Shown here: positions 43,363-57,078 of the stretch, one piece after another
Numbering within the stretch: position 1 is the stretch's first letter
Layout: the number at the start of each line of letters is the position of its first letter
Assembly: GCA_964016885.1 (NCBI GenBank)
Contig: OZ024762.1
Coordinates: 9,734,001 to 9,798,000, forward strand
Reading direction: 5' to 3'
DNA length: 64,000 bases
Source: Eledone cirrhosa
Taxonomy: Eukaryota
Notes under the pieces: generated by a model
Databases searched by the model: none
Seen by the model: the letters and a program-made list of their open reading frames with translations, nothing else
What the model was told of the DNA's origin: nothing
Translations under genes and position numbers: made by a program

Positions 43363-43879
43363 AAGGAAGCAAAATAACGTAAATAAATTGGTTAACAAAT
43401 ACTTACTTAACGTCCTAACTAAATGTAAGCAAGGTATAGTCGTATATATGTCCAGCGCTCTACTGTTTCTCTAATTCCACGGTCATAATATCATTAAACA
43501 TAGACAACAAACTTTCTTTTCCTAAGTCTGTGGGGTTCGAGACATTTGAATAAGCTGGACGGCTGGCAACGAAGTTCTTGTCATCGTTGGGGGCTTACCT
43601 TACCGATGTATCTGGTGATGTCTGATAGAGTGTTTCGTTATTCCAGTCCCTAAGCGGCCTCACTTTCATCCATGTGTGTGTTAATTATAATTTCATTTTT
43701 GTTTTTGTTATATATATAAAGGTATATGAAAACACATGCCAATTTTATTTGTTAGAGAATAAACATTCGTGCATACGTTTATCTACTTGTCACTAGCTGG
43801 TTGCTTGTACGAACGAACGTGGAAGAGCCGAACTCCCACTGTCATCGCCTCCATCTCTCTGACCCTCCCCATCTCTCTG

Positions 43880-44060
43880 TATGGTGAGCAAATGGGGTCC
43901 CACGTGATGGCCTCCCCTCAGCCCCGGTGGACAGAATGGAGAATTCGTTTTCACGGAAGATGGTAAGGGAGATGCGCTGGAATAGCTATTCCAAATCGCG
44001 AGGCTTACACCTGCGGCTGGCCAGCTCAGCGCCTATCGTGGTGAGTAGGGAGGTTGCCTC
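43880..44060 (-). mobile_element. CRE-like retrotransposon 3' remnant
   Basis: Minus TSLLTTIGAELASRRCKPRDLE*LFQRISLTIFRENEFSILSTG is homologous to 22400-22660. Confidence 0.7.
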
Positions 44061-44314
44061 AAAGATTATTAGAGTGAGGCTCCAACATCCCTGTATGATG
44101 TGAATAAGTGTTTGATAACATATTTTAACGAATAATTTGATCCACGTGTAATTAATTTAACACAATAGGAATTCATATAAATGGTTTGTTTTTTTTTAAT
44201 AAAAAAAAATTATATGTAGCCATGTGTTCAGTTTAAATTATCGTATTCCGAGCTGATATAACATTTTCACCTATACCTTTCCATTTTTTTTTTTTTTAAA
44301 CGAATTTCTTTATA

Positions 44315-44351
<37 letters not shown>

Positions 44352-44382
44352 GATATATATATAATATATATATAATAATAAT

Positions 44383-44467
<85 letters not shown>

Positions 44468-44503
44468 TATATGATATATATATAATATATATATAATAAT
44501 AAT

Positions 44504-44602
<99 letters not shown>

Positions 44603-44632
44603 ATATATAATAATAATAATATATATATATAT

Positions 44633-44709
<77 letters not shown>

Positions 44710-44737
44710 ATATATATAATATATATATAATAATAAT

Positions 44738-44829
<92 letters not shown>

Positions 44830-44901
44830 ACGAAGGAAGTGTGGTTAAGAACCAGGTGGATCATAACGCACCAGAGTACTCGATACTTTGGGAAGTAGAG
44901 T

Positions 44902-44989
44902 GGGTAATAGGAAAAGACCCGACAGCAGAGCTCAATCCGTTTCGACGTTGAAACGGCTTGAGCTCTGCTGTCGGGGTCCTGGCTATTAT

Positions 44990-44991
<2 letters not shown>
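44902..44991. repeat. GC-rich near-perfect hairpin
   Basis: gacccgacagcagagctcaatccgtttc-gacgtt-gaaacggcttgagctctgctgtcggggtc. Confidence 0.85.
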
Positions 44992-45040
<49 letters not shown>

Positions 45041-45161
45041 TGCCAGGAATCGCGACCAATAGATAGTATTAGCAATTGGAAAGATGAATGGAAACATTGT
45101 TTCCTTGGTCCGATCTGATGAATTCCACCCCACTCCTTCTTGTCGATTCGAATCAAACTCA

Positions 45162-45201
<40 letters not shown>

Positions 45202-45208
45202 AAGTATG

Positions 45209-45245
<37 letters not shown>

Positions 45246-45252
45246 AAGTATG

Positions 45253-45289
<37 letters not shown>

Positions 45290-45293
45290 ACGC

Positions 45294-45411
<118 letters not shown>

Positions 45412-45413
45412 GT

Positions 45414-45461
<48 letters not shown>

Positions 45462-45464
45462 AAG

Positions 45465-45519
<55 letters not shown>

Positions 45520-45584
45520 ATGTATGTATGTATATATATATATATATATATACATACTTACACACACACACACACACACACACA

Positions 45585-45622
<38 letters not shown>

Positions 45623-45895
45623 CCGTAGTAAAAGTTTGGTAGAAATATCCAAGAGTAAGAGCACTCAGTCCATAGGACGAGTTTAGTATAATTAATTACA
45701 ACAGTGACATAAACAGGTACTCAAGTTTCGTTGGGTTCTGGGCCCCCAATTCATTCAGCCTGTCTTATAACCCAACAAACCTTCATATATATATATATAT
45801 ATATATATATAAGCAAAAGGGATATTTAATTTGTTATAACTTGAACCGTTAAGATCTCGTTCCTGGATATGTCAATATTTATAAAACAAAATTTG

Positions 45896-45955
45896 TATTT
45901 TATCTGATGAGTGCGTACCAAAGTTTTGGTACCCTTGAAATATATATAATAGAAT
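45896..45955 (+). ncRNA. Minimal hammerhead motif (family A-related)
   Basis: TATTTTAT-CTGATGA-GTGCGTACCA aagttt TGGTACCCTT-GAAA-TATATATA-ATAGAATA. Confidence 0.65.
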
Positions 45956-45999
45956 ATACATGGTTTTATAAATATAGTTTCCATTTATTAATATCATTG

Positions 46000-46041
<42 letters not shown>

Positions 46042-46111
46042 GTACATATAAAAGGTTAAGAAATAATTTGCCGTGTTAGAGTTATCTCCCGTACATCATC
46101 GACAAATTAAT

Positions 46112-46302
46112 GGAGGTGGATTGGCAGTATGGGTAGAGGATCGGATGTCATGGTTTGACGCATAGAGTTGTGGCCCTTGCCATTCTGAGTTCAAATCTCG
46201 CCGAGGTTAACTTTGCCTTTCATCCTTACGGGGTCGATCAAATAAAGTACCAGTAATGCACTGGGATAATTGCTGGCCTTGTGCCAAAAGTAGAAATAAT
46301 TA
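46112..46302 (+). mobile_element. Full-length SINE family A followed by a CR1 tail fragment
   Basis: Family consensus. Confidence 0.88.
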
Positions 46303-46379
46303 TTCTATGTACTATACATGCACCTTTGATGTGTTGTAGTCCACCTGAGCACTGTAATCGATAATTATTGGTATTTAAT

Positions 46380-47240
46380 AATGATTGTAATGATGACGAT
46401 GATGGTGATGGTAGTGATGATGGTGGTGGTAGTGATGATGGTGGTGGTAGTGATGATGGTGATGATGGTGATGGTGGTGGTGATGGTGGTGGTGGTGATG
46501 GTGGTGATGGTGATGGTAGTGATGATGGTGATGGTAGTGATGATGGTGATGGTGATGGTAGTGATGATGGTGATGGTAGTGATGATGGTGATGGTAGTGA
46601 TGATGGTGATGGTAGTGATGATTGTGATGGTAGTGATGATTGTGATGGTAGTGATGATGGTGATGGTAGTGATGATGGTGATGGTGATGGTAGTGATGAT
46701 GGTGATGATGGTGATGGTAGTGATGATGGTGATGGTAGTGATGATGGTGATGGTGATGGTAGTGATGATGGTGATGATGGTGATGGTAGTGATGATGGTG
46801 ATGGTAGTGATGATGGTGATGGTGATGGTAGTGATGATTGTGATGGTAGTGATGATGGTGATGGTAGTGATGATGGTGATGGTGATGGTAGTGATGATGG
46901 TGATGATGGTGATGGTAGTGATAATGGTGATGGTAGTGATGATGGTGATGATGGTGATGACTGTGATGGTAGTGATGATGGTGATGGTGATGGTAGTGAT
47001 GGTAGTGATGATGGTGATGGTGATGGTAGTGATGATGGTGATGATGGTGATGGTAGTGATAATGGTGATGGTAGTGATGATGGTGATGATGGTGATGACT
47101 GTGATGGTAGTGATGATGGTGATGGTGATGGTAGTGATGGTAGTGATGATGGTGATGGTAGTGATGATGGTGATGGTAGTGATGATGATGGTAGTGATGA
47201 TGGTGATGGTGACGACGACAACGACAATAACAACAACAAC
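46380..47240. repeat. (GAT/GGT/AGT)n compound trinucleotide tract
   Basis: Direct inspection. Confidence 0.95.
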
Positions 47241-47469
47241 AGCAAGGACAAGGGAAAGTATTCTGTCAAAAACAATAATTGTTTTAATAATTTTACCGAA
47301 ATAATTAGCTACAATTAACAAATTATTATTGAAATATTTAAAAAAAAATTTTTTAAATTAAAATTAACCAAAAATTAAAGAAAAAAAAGAAGAAATAATA
47401 AAACTGCGTCAAAAAAAAGAAGAAAAAAAGAAGTAAAACTCCATTTCCATCAAAATTCTTTACTTTTTA

Positions 47470-47790
47470 ACTCTCATTAGACTGCGACCATACTGGAGCA
47501 GTTTGCTTGTTTATTATTGATTTTAGTTATTAGACTGTGGTCATGCTGGGCACTTTCCATATGTATTCTTGAACTGGTTTCAGTCATTAGACTGTGGCCA
47601 TACTGGAGCAGTTTCTATGTGTATTCTTGAACTGATTTCAGTCATTAGACAGTGGTCATGCTGGGGTATTTTGCTTGTTTATTATTGATTTCAGTCATTA
47701 GACAGTGGCCAGGCCGGGGCACTTATTATATTCATTCTTTAACTATTCTCAGTCATTAGAATGTGGTCATGCTGGGGCATTTTGTGCAAC
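47470..47790. repeat. ~60-bp diverged tandem repeat (5-6 units) of an interspersed-repeat segment
   Basis: cagtcattagactgtggycatRctgg recurs. A related sequence lies on the minus strand at about 5440-5480. Confidence 0.75.
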
Positions 47791-47859
47791 TGATTTGACT
47801 GATTAAACTGTAATAATGTTAGTGTTGTTGGTATTGTGGTAGTGATTATTGTGAAGTTA

Positions 47860-48280
47860 GTGTTAATTGTGTTGTTGTTGTTGTTGTTAGTAGTAGTGAT
47901 GGTGGTGGTGGTAGAGGTGGCGGTGTTAGTGTTAGATGTAATGTTGTTGTTGTGTAGTGGTGGTTCTTTTCAGTGATGGTGATGATTGTGGTGGTTGTGT
48001 TGTTGTTGGTGTTGGTGTTGGTAGTAGTGATGGTGATGGTGGTGGTGTTAGTGTTAGATGTAATGTTGTTGTGGTGTAGTGGTGGTTCTTTTCAGTGATG
48101 GTGATGATTGTGGTGGTTGTGTTGTTGTTGGTGCTGTTGTTAGTAGTAGTGATGGTGGTGGTGGTGGAGGTGGTGGTGTTAGTGTTAGATGTAATGTTGT
48201 TGTGGTGTAGTGGTGGTTCTTTTCAGTGATGGGGATGATTGTGGTGGTTGTGTTGTTGTTGGTGTTGGTGTTGGTTGCGT
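47860..48280. repeat. 3x ~125-bp GT-rich tandem duplication
   Basis: tagtgttagatgtaatgtt..ggttcttttcagtgatgg occurs three times. Confidence 0.85.
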
Positions 48281-48320
48281 TGTTGGCCTTAATGGTAGCT
48301 CTAGCATGTATATATATATA

Positions 48321-48532
48321 TATTAAAATAACAGATTAAAGTTTAAGCAAAGAATCGCTGCTTTCACCCTTAACAGGGTCTTCTGAAGTTTCAGAAGATC
48401 CCGTTAAGGGTGAAAGCAGCGATTCTTTGCTTAAACTTTAATCTGTTATTTTAATAAATATTTGCTCTACGGTTCTTATATATTTGATATATATTTATTC
48501 TTATCGAGCCCTCTTTGGATTGTAGTCTTCAC
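48321..48532. mobile_element. Family C palindromic module (two CAGAAGA hammerhead-like motifs) plus ORF-end remnant
   Basis: Palindrome 48321-48456 centred near 48388. The whole block is the reverse complement of 63566-63797. Confidence 0.75.
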
Positions 48533-48825
48533 AGTGAGGAGGGATAGGATGGGAGAGAAGAGGAGGTAGATAGAAGAAGAGAGAAATGAGAGAGAGGGGG
48601 AAGGAGGGAGAAAGGAGGTAACAGAGAGGAGGAGGAGGAAGAGAAAAATGAGTGAGAGAGAGAGAGAGAGAAAGAATCATGTGGGGAGAATGAGTGAGAG
48701 AGGGATATAGAGTGAGAGACTGAGTTACAGAAAGTGAGAGAGAGAGGGGCGGAGAGAGAGAGAGACAGAGAAAGAGAGAGAGGGAGAGAGGGGCGGAGAG
48801 ATAGATAGAGAGGAAGAGAGAGAGG

Positions 48826-48861
<36 letters not shown>

Positions 48862-49045
48862 GAAAGAAACAAAGAAAGATGGAAATGGAAGGAGTGAATT
48901 GTCCCTGCATGGAGTTTGTAGAATTTACAAATCTTCCTTCAAATTCTTCCTGGAAATATAAAACAAAAATATATAATGTAATAATTTCACCTCAGTTACT
49001 TGTGTATATATTATATCTATATATATCTTCTCTGTATGTAATCAA

Positions 49046-49088
<43 letters not shown>

Positions 49089-49635
49089 TACAAATGGAAG
49101 TTTAGTAAATTCGAAGTTTCGGCGGTGGCCAAGCTAAAGAGATACAATTAGGTTTATGCAGCAAAGCACTCAATAGGGTGTATCACCCCAGAGTAATTAA
49201 CATACTTCAGATAGTGTGACAAATTGAAAACTGCGGCAAGTTGACCTAGCCACATAATACACCAAAACAACGAAAATACATACATATATATATTTAGAAA
49301 CACACAGATACATGCGGACACACACATATACATGAATGCATCCACACCCAACCGTGAGTTAAGGGTGCCAACCTCACCGATGTTGCTCAATGAATGACTG
49401 GGACAGACCAATCCGGTTGAACCAGACTGAACCAGTATCAGAGTTAAAAATACATTATGAAGAGAGAAGGAACATTTAGATATAATTAGTAATAAAATGT
49501 ATCATACCTAAACTGCTCCTAGATTCCTCGACTACGTAGTTTCGTGGCATAAACAAAAACAATACATCATAAAGATATAGAGTCCTTGCGAGGTCTGCCG
49601 ACTTATCAAGAGGATACCTCATTTTACTATATATA

Positions 49636-49940
49636 TATATTGTTATACTTTGGGAGAGTCATGTTGCCAATGAAAACACATGCACCTGTTGTTTTCACTT
49701 CAATTTATTATGAATTTCCTGTTGGTTGGTTGGTTGGTTCGATAACCGGAAGGTTGTTTATATATTGTCAAAGCTCTTTCGTCACACATTCTGTGACCTC
49801 CTCAGTGACTAGGTTTTTATTTTGTGTGTCTCTCTTTTGTTCTGTCCTACACCATCTTGTTATTATGTGAAATTGAAGAGAAAACCAACAGGTGCCTGTG
49901 TTTTTATTGGCAGCATGACCCTCCCAAAGTGTAACAATAT
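49636..49940 (-). mobile_element. Penelope-like module family D with ~70-bp inverted ends and hammerhead at 49767-49809
   Basis: Minus: GTCA-CTGAGGA-G-GTCACA gaatg TGTGAC-GAAA-GAGCTT-TGAC. Arms at 49636-49705 and 49870-49940. Confidence 0.72.
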
Positions 49941-50002
49941 CTGTTTCAACACATTTTTGCAGATAAGAAATCTTACAAAACAAATTCAAAAACGAATTAT
50001 AA

Positions 50003-50057
<55 letters not shown>

Positions 50058-50062
<5 letters not shown>

Positions 50063-50515
50063 TATTCGAAATATTAATAAATAAAGACGTTCACACAATC
50101 AAAATATATGTTTTATTATATATATTTTGGAGGTACTGTGGTGTTTTTTCAGTACGTCCTCATCAGATAAAATACATGAATCGATGTATGACATACCTCA
50201 ACTGTCTTGATGGTTCAATTCCAGTATTGGCAGTATGGAATTGAACCATGAATTGTCAATACTGGAATTGAACCATCAATACAATTGAGGTATGTCATAC
50301 ATCGATTCATGTATTTTATCTGATGAGGACGTACTGAAAAAACAGCACAGTACCTCCGAAATATATATAATAAAACATATTTTGATTATGTAAATGTATC
50401 CATTTATTAATATTTTGAATAATATTAATAACTCCAGAAAACTTCTTTGTTGAGTGCTTTTAATCTATTGTAAAACTATATTCATTGAGTAATCAATGAA
50501 CCATATTAATCTTTG
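50058..50515. mobile_element. Family A palindromic module with an intact plus-strand hammerhead at 50314-50375
   Basis: ~170-bp arms (50058-50425). TTTTAT-CTGATGA-GGACGTACTG..CAGTACCTCC-GAAA-TATATATA-ATAAAA. The left-arm copy has GAAA changed to AAAA. Confidence 0.8.
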
Positions 50516-50516
50516 G

Positions 50517-50555
<39 letters not shown>

Positions 50556-50680
50556 GTAGAAATAGAAGCTTTCACTGTATTTTTGATTAAAGAAATTTTA
50601 GCCTGATAGTGGGGTTTAGAACCCTCTAAGAATGGAAAGGGTTGAGTATTTATGTACATGTACTTCAATACTCTTCCTTT

Positions 50681-51032
50681 GCTCAGGTGCACTACAACTC
50701 ATCAAAGGTGCATGTATAGTACATAGAATAAGGTACAAATGTCAGCAAAGTGAACAGTGTATGAGTCATGATATACATGTGTGCGTGTGTATGGAGGGGG
50801 GGATATCAGGTGTAGTGTTGGCGAATCTCAGGAAGCATGGAGGTTTTAAAGGATGCAGTGTCTCGGCAGCTAACAACTGATGCAGGTAGTTTGTTCCATG
50901 GAGGTTTTAAAGGAAGCAGTGTCTCGGCAGCTAACAACTGATGCAGGCAGTTTGTTCCATGCTTCAGCAACTCTGAGCGTGAAAAGATGTTTCCGAAAAT
51001 GATGAGAGCTGTACTGTTTTCTGACTTTGTAT
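50681..51032 (-). mobile_element. CR1-type LINE 3' end with a 61-bp internal duplication
   Basis: YKVRKQYSSHHFRKHLFTLRVAEAWNKLPASVVSC..SFK matches the CR1 R..FF..RV...WN.LP motif. Confidence 0.8.
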
Positions 51033-51106
51033 TTTAGACATATAGAATTTAAGTGAAATAATAAAACACAGAGAAATATATGCACATTCATAAACCATAT
51101 TAAAAT

Positions 51107-51482
51107 AATTGTTTCTACTTTTGGCACAATGCCAGCAATTATTCCAGCGCATTACTGGTACTTTATTTTATCAACCCCGTAAGGAAGAAAGGCAAAGTTA
51201 ACCTTGGTGGGATTTGAACACAGACTGTAAAGGGACGTAACTCTATGCTGGAAAGCATGGCGTCTGATCCTCCACCGATACTGCCAATCGATAAAATAAT
51301 TGTTTCTACTTTTGGCACAAGGCCAGCAATTATCCCAGTGCATTACTGGTACTTTATTTTATCGACCCCGTAAGGATGAAAGGCAAAGTTAACCTCGGCG
51401 GGATTTGAATTCAGACCATAAAGGGACATAACTCTATGCTACAAAGCATGGTGTCCAACTCTCTACTGATACTGCCAATCCA
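51107..51482 (-). mobile_element. Tandem pair of SINE family A
   Basis: Two near-full copies head to tail. Confidence 0.88.
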
Positions 51483-51519
51483 TAAAATAATGTCATAATG
51501 TCATGAGGGAGATAAAATA

Positions 51520-52065
51520 AAAGCAGCCCAAGTGTTTCTATCATTGGCTTTTTGCTGAATTGTGGTGACTTTTGCATTCAGTTCTTTTGTGACCATTCTT
51601 TGGAATGTGGTGTTTGGTCTTTGTCTCTTGCGGCAGACTCCTGGTAGTTGATGTAGCAGAAGACACTCATGTCTTTTGTGGTGACCTCCTGGTAGTTGAT
51701 GTAGCAGAAGACACTCATGTCTCTTGTGGTGACCTCCTGGTAGTTGATGTAGCAGAAGACGCTCATGTCTCTTGTGGTGACCTCCTGGTAGTTGATGTAG
51801 CAGAAGACACTCATGTCTCTTGTGGTGACCTCCTGGTAGTATATATATCAGGAGACACTCAGCATGGAAGTTACTAACTGAATGCTGGATTTGATGACCA
51901 ATCCATGACAATCGCCATTTTTTCGAACCTGAGCATAGAGATGTGACTGCTCTGTGCATGTGAAAATTTCTGCAATTGTTATGCGATCTTGGTATGTTAC
52001 ACCACAGATGATGTGCAGACAATTTGAATGAAATGTGTTCACAGATTGTTTTTGCATATAAAAGA
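51520..52065 (-). mobile_element. RTE-clade 3' fragment with a 4x 48-bp internal tandem duplication (about 51638-51840)
   Basis: NTFHSNCLHIICGVTYQDRIT..WRLSWIGH..RKRQRPNTT..ANDRNTW. Confidence 0.75.
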
Positions 52066-52307
52066 CCTATAAAAAAATGCACATGTGACCTATATAAATT
52101 GCTATTTACCAAGTTCACTACTTAAATCATGGATCAATGTAATCCTTTGTGGTACACGGGTATCAAACCTAGAACCAATTAGTTGCTAAGCAAACTTCTT
52201 AACCACATACCTTATAACATCTATGAGGTCTGTGAGCATGTGTGTGCATGTATAGCTGTGTATATATATTATATATATATATGTAATATATATAAACAGC
52301 TATATAT

Positions 52308-52431
52308 ATTCTGAGTTCAAATCCCGCCGAGGTTAACTTTGCCTTTCATCCTTACGGGGTCGATAAAATAAAGTACCAGTAATGCACTGGGATAATTGCT
52401 GGCCTTGTGCCAAAAAGTAGAAACAATTATT
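52308..52431 (+). mobile_element. SINE family A, 5'-truncated
   Basis: Family consensus. Confidence 0.85.
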
Positions 52432-52506
52432 ATATATATATATATATATAGATATATATATGTATATATATGTATTTATATATATGTACATATATATGTA
52501 CATATA

Positions 52507-52551
<45 letters not shown>

Positions 52552-52660
52552 ACATATATAGATATATATATATATGTATACATATATGTATATATATATA
52601 TATATATATACATATATGTATACATATATGTATATATATATATATAACATCACCATCACC

Positions 52661-52696
<36 letters not shown>

Positions 52697-52702
<6 letters not shown>

Positions 52703-52901
52703 TGTAATAAACAACACAAAACAATTATATTCCATTTACCAAAGGTTTCATGAAGACAGGTGAGCTCAACAGACACGTCTGAAATCGTTCATCAGAATGA
52801 TAATTTAATATTCTGATGAACAATTTCAGAACAATTTCGGCTCTCTTTGTGAAACCTTTGGTAAATGGAATAACTGTTTTGTGTTGTGTATTACATAATT
52901 A
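52697..52901. mobile_element. Palindromic module family F with two hammerheads (52733-52799 minus, 52809-52867 plus)
   Basis: ATT-CTGATGA-AC...GT-GAAA-CC TTT GG-TA-AATG: true 3-bp stem III and a GUA triplet. Confidence 0.7.
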
Positions 52902-53010
52902 AATAGCTCTGTAGCATACATAGAGCACTCTCCTTCCTTTACCCTTTCTACGGAAATACTTCATATATATATATATATATGTATGTATATATATATATAT
53001 ATATATAAAT

Positions 53011-53170
53011 CCGTATTTTGACTAAAGAAATTAAAGAAATTATTTAGCCTGATAGTGGGGTTAAGAACCCTCGGAGAAATAGTAAAAGATGAGTATTGAC
53101 GTACATGGGAGTCAAACCCACATCTTTGGTTATCCAGACCACTGTGCTACCATTTATGCTGGGTCCGTCA
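53011..53170 (-). mobile_element. tRNA-like-headed repeat (inverted partner at 53760-53906; diverged copy at about 50575-50660)
   Basis: Minus TGACGGAC..TGGT-CTGGATA-ACCA..GTGGGTTTGACTCCCAT-GTACGTCA folds like a cloverleaf. Confidence 0.6.
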
Positions 53171-53175
53171 ACCCT

Positions 53176-53329
<154 letters not shown>

Positions 53330-53401
53330 GTGTATATATATATATATGTGTATATATATATATGTATATATATGTGTATATATATATATAAATGGAGGCA
53401 T

Positions 53402-53750
53402 ATGGCTAAATGGAGGCATATGGCTTAGTGGTTAGAACATTGGCCTTGCAATCGAAAGGTTGTGAGTTCAATTCTCAGACCGGGTGATGTGTTGTTTCCT
53501 TGAGCAAGACACTTTATTTCACATTGCTCCAGTTTACTCAGCTGTAGAAATGAGATGATAGGGACTGGGTTCCCTATCATTCCACTGCAAAGTGGACGTG
53601 TAGGCGCCACGGCAAAAAAGCACCCAGCACTCACTGTAAATGAGGTTGGTGTTAGGAAGGGCATCCAGCTGTAGAAATCAAGCCAGAATCAGTTCCCGTC
53701 CCACCCTTGCAAGCAGGGAAAAGCGGACGTAAAATGATGATGATGATGAT
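53402..53750 (+). mobile_element. SINE family B, full length
   Basis: Highly similar to 23333-23675. Confidence 0.9.
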
Positions 53751-54306
53751 ATATGTATGTAAATGGTAGCACAGTGGTCTGAATAACCAAAGATGTGGGT
53801 TCGTCTCCCATGTACGTCAATACTCATCTTTTTCCATTTCTCCGAGGGTTCTTAACCCCACTATCAGGCTAAATAATTTCTTTAATTTCTTTAGTCAAAA
53901 TACGGCGATGGCTTACATTTCTAATAATTTCAAACCCACTCGCTGGTTCGAAAATATTCTTACTATATATATATGTCCGACAGACAACCTTTTCCCCCAC
54001 CCCAGAAAAAAACCCCAGTTGATGGATGTGAATCCGAAATATATAGGGACTATTAAATCTCTCCCAAGGTAACACTCTCTCTTGTGTTGTTATTTTTATT
54101 TTTATCCTTTTACTCTTCCCTCCATTCTACACATCTCACACATCTTATACACACCACGCATCTCAACGTACACCCACTTACATCTCTCTCTCCACCACCG
54201 GACCTTGTTACCCAGAGATTTACCCATTTGCATTGTCGAGGCTTCCAAACGACTTATAGATATTTACTTATTGTTCCACAATGCTTCAAGCAAACTTCAA
54301 TACTCT

Positions 54307-55249
<943 letters not shown>

Positions 55250-55259
55250 ATAATAATAA

Positions 55260-55422
55260 ATTTGAAGACTAAAATCCAAAGAGGGCTTGATTAGGATAAA
55301 TATATTTGGTTGCAACGTTTTTCGAAATATTTACTTCTGCGTTCACAGATTGATTTTTTTAATTTCAGAAGATCCCATTAAGGGTGAAAGCAGCGATTCT
55401 TTGCTTAAACTTTAATCTGTTA

Positions 55423-55430
<8 letters not shown>
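55260..55430 (+). mobile_element. Family C Penelope-like 3' end: ORF remnant [10 protein letters not shown] plus variant hammerhead at 55361-55411
   Basis: The peptide resembles the L.T..P.GLN end of Penelope GIY-YIG proteins and is followed by the CAGAAGA..GAAA fold. Confidence 0.62.
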
Positions 55431-55469
<39 letters not shown>

Positions 55470-55619
55470 CTTATTGACAATATAATTATAATACTTATTC
55501 TGTCTCTGAGGTTTTTAACCTAATTAGATTGTTGTCTGCAAAATATTAGATCTGTGGTTTCCTATGATATTGGCAGTATGCAAAGCTCTAAGGTTTTTCT
55601 AGGGAGCCAATGTATCTCC

Positions 55620-55895
55620 CTGGAGTACTCCAGCCAATATCTCAAAGAACTCCGCCATCCCATCAGGTGTAATGACTTGGGCTCTGGTTTTAGTGTAGAG
55701 CAGTGATATCAGGTCCACTATCTTCTTGGGGATTCCATAAGCTTGTAAGATGGTTTATTCTGACAGGACCCACTGGAAGGAGTGTTTGAGGACTCTTCTG
55801 ACAGGACCCTCTGGAAGGAGTGTTTGAGGACTCTTCTGAGAGGACCCACTGTAAGGAGTGTTTGAGGACTCTGCCCCCCACGACCCGTCTCTAGG
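55620..55895 (+). mobile_element. RTE-like 3' fragment with a 3x 38-bp duplication
   Basis: tctgacaggacccactggaaggagtgtttgaggactc x3. Homologous to the reverse complement of 58060-58110. Confidence 0.65.
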
Positions 55896-56207
55896 AGAAC
55901 GTTACTCTGATATAAAACTTTCAACTTCATTTGCATCCAATGATGTAGACCAGTTCTTCTTTTTGGGGTAAATGCATTCGATATTCAAAGAGTGGGATTG
56001 ACCCCAGGCAAATCCTTTCCTCACTTAAAGAAGCTTCAACCGCAGGCATCGCTTCATATGTGACATTTTTTGCGATGCATCGTATTGCTGGCCATAGGCA
56101 AGTCCCTAGCAGGACTAAAAAACCACATCCGTGATGTTCATGCTTAAGTATCAAGTGATAGCATTACTCGAAATCAAGTTACAGCTAACATCATGTATGT
56201 ATATACA

Positions 56208-56406
56208 CGAGGGTAGGCTGAATAGTTCATAGGCTGACTCTGAAGGAGTGATGCTAGAGCTGAGAAATCTTGCATGCATTAATTTCAACTCTTCTTATTA
56301 GTAACTGCATTGTTTCTGTCCAAGTACTATGTTGAAAAGTAAATCTCATTTGGTCATTCCATGAGAGGATCTTGGTCAGCCAATGAACCTTTCAGCTGCC
56401 CCTCAT
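56208..56406. mobile_element. mariner-like MITE
   Basis: cgagggtaggctgaatagttcataggctgac ... gtcagccaatgaacctttcagctgcccctca. Confidence 0.75.
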
Positions 56407-56447
56407 ATGTATATAAATGTGTACATCTTGCTTAATATAGAAATGAT

Positions 56448-56519
56448 TTCTACAGGACTCGAACTGTTTCATTCAAAAGAAATCATCAGGAATGAAACAG
56501 TTCTAGACCTCTAGAAGCC

Positions 56520-56520
<1 letters not shown>
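56448..56520. repeat. Hairpin with a minus-strand hammerhead-like core (family G; relatives at about 29070-29135 and 31730-31785)
   Basis: Minus CTGATGA-TTTC tttt GAAT-GAAA-CAG.. Confidence 0.5.
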
Positions 56521-56556
<36 letters not shown>

Positions 56557-56673
56557 GTAGGAGGTGAGTTTTATTGTAGTACAATAAAGCAATGCAGATA
56601 TCGGATAATAAGTAATATGTTGATTTAACACTGAACTATCCACAGGTGTTTTTTAACCTTCATATCATGTCTT

Positions 56674-56750
56674 CATGTTTTATCTGATGAAAACACAAAT
56701 ATTATTGCATGATGATATTTGTTTTTGAAATGCGCATAATAAAATACATG
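56674..56750 (+). ncRNA. Minimal type I hammerhead motif
   Basis: TTTTAT-CTGATGA-AAACA..TGTTTTT-GAAA-TGCGCA-TA-ATAAAA, with palindromic stem III ATGCGCAT. Confidence 0.7.
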
Positions 56751-56898
56751 GAACTCTTTTAACCATCTTTTGTTCTTATATATTATATATATATTATATA
56801 TATATATATATAAATATATATAATTGGTGTGGGATGTTTAAAGCATCCGTAAGCGGTATGCCGTTTGAGCACTCGATGCTCTTACAGAGCAGAGTATG

Positions 56899-57078
56899 AT
56901 ATCACATAAGAAATGGAGAATCAGTGGTGCGACGAATAAGATTTATTAGACATATTACAATCGTTTCTCTGGCGACAAGCTCGGGGTACGATCGATGGCG
57001 GTCGCCAGAGAAACGATTGTAATATATCTAATAAATCTTATTCGTCGCACCACTGATACTCCGTTTCTTAAGTGATAT
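56899..57078. repeat. ~78-bp-arm palindrome (single plus-strand copy at about 23870-23980)
   Basis: ..ttacaatcgtttctctggcgac / gtcgccagagaaacgattgtaa.. Confidence 0.85.

Noticed and set aside
46238-47321. Asp/Gly-rich or Ser/Pro-rich 316-345 aa ORFs resembling biomineralisation proteins or mucins
   Set aside because: Pure trinucleotide-derived repeat, open in many frames, with no signal peptide or convincing splice context, flanked by a SINE and AT-rich DNA.
53097-53170. Functional tRNA gene
   Set aside because: The acceptor and D arms are imperfect, the anticodon differs between copies, and it is attached to a repeated tail. Treated as repeat-derived.
55927-56154. 75-aa non-repetitive ORF
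   Set aside because: No recognisable motif or splice signals, and it lies between repeat fragments.
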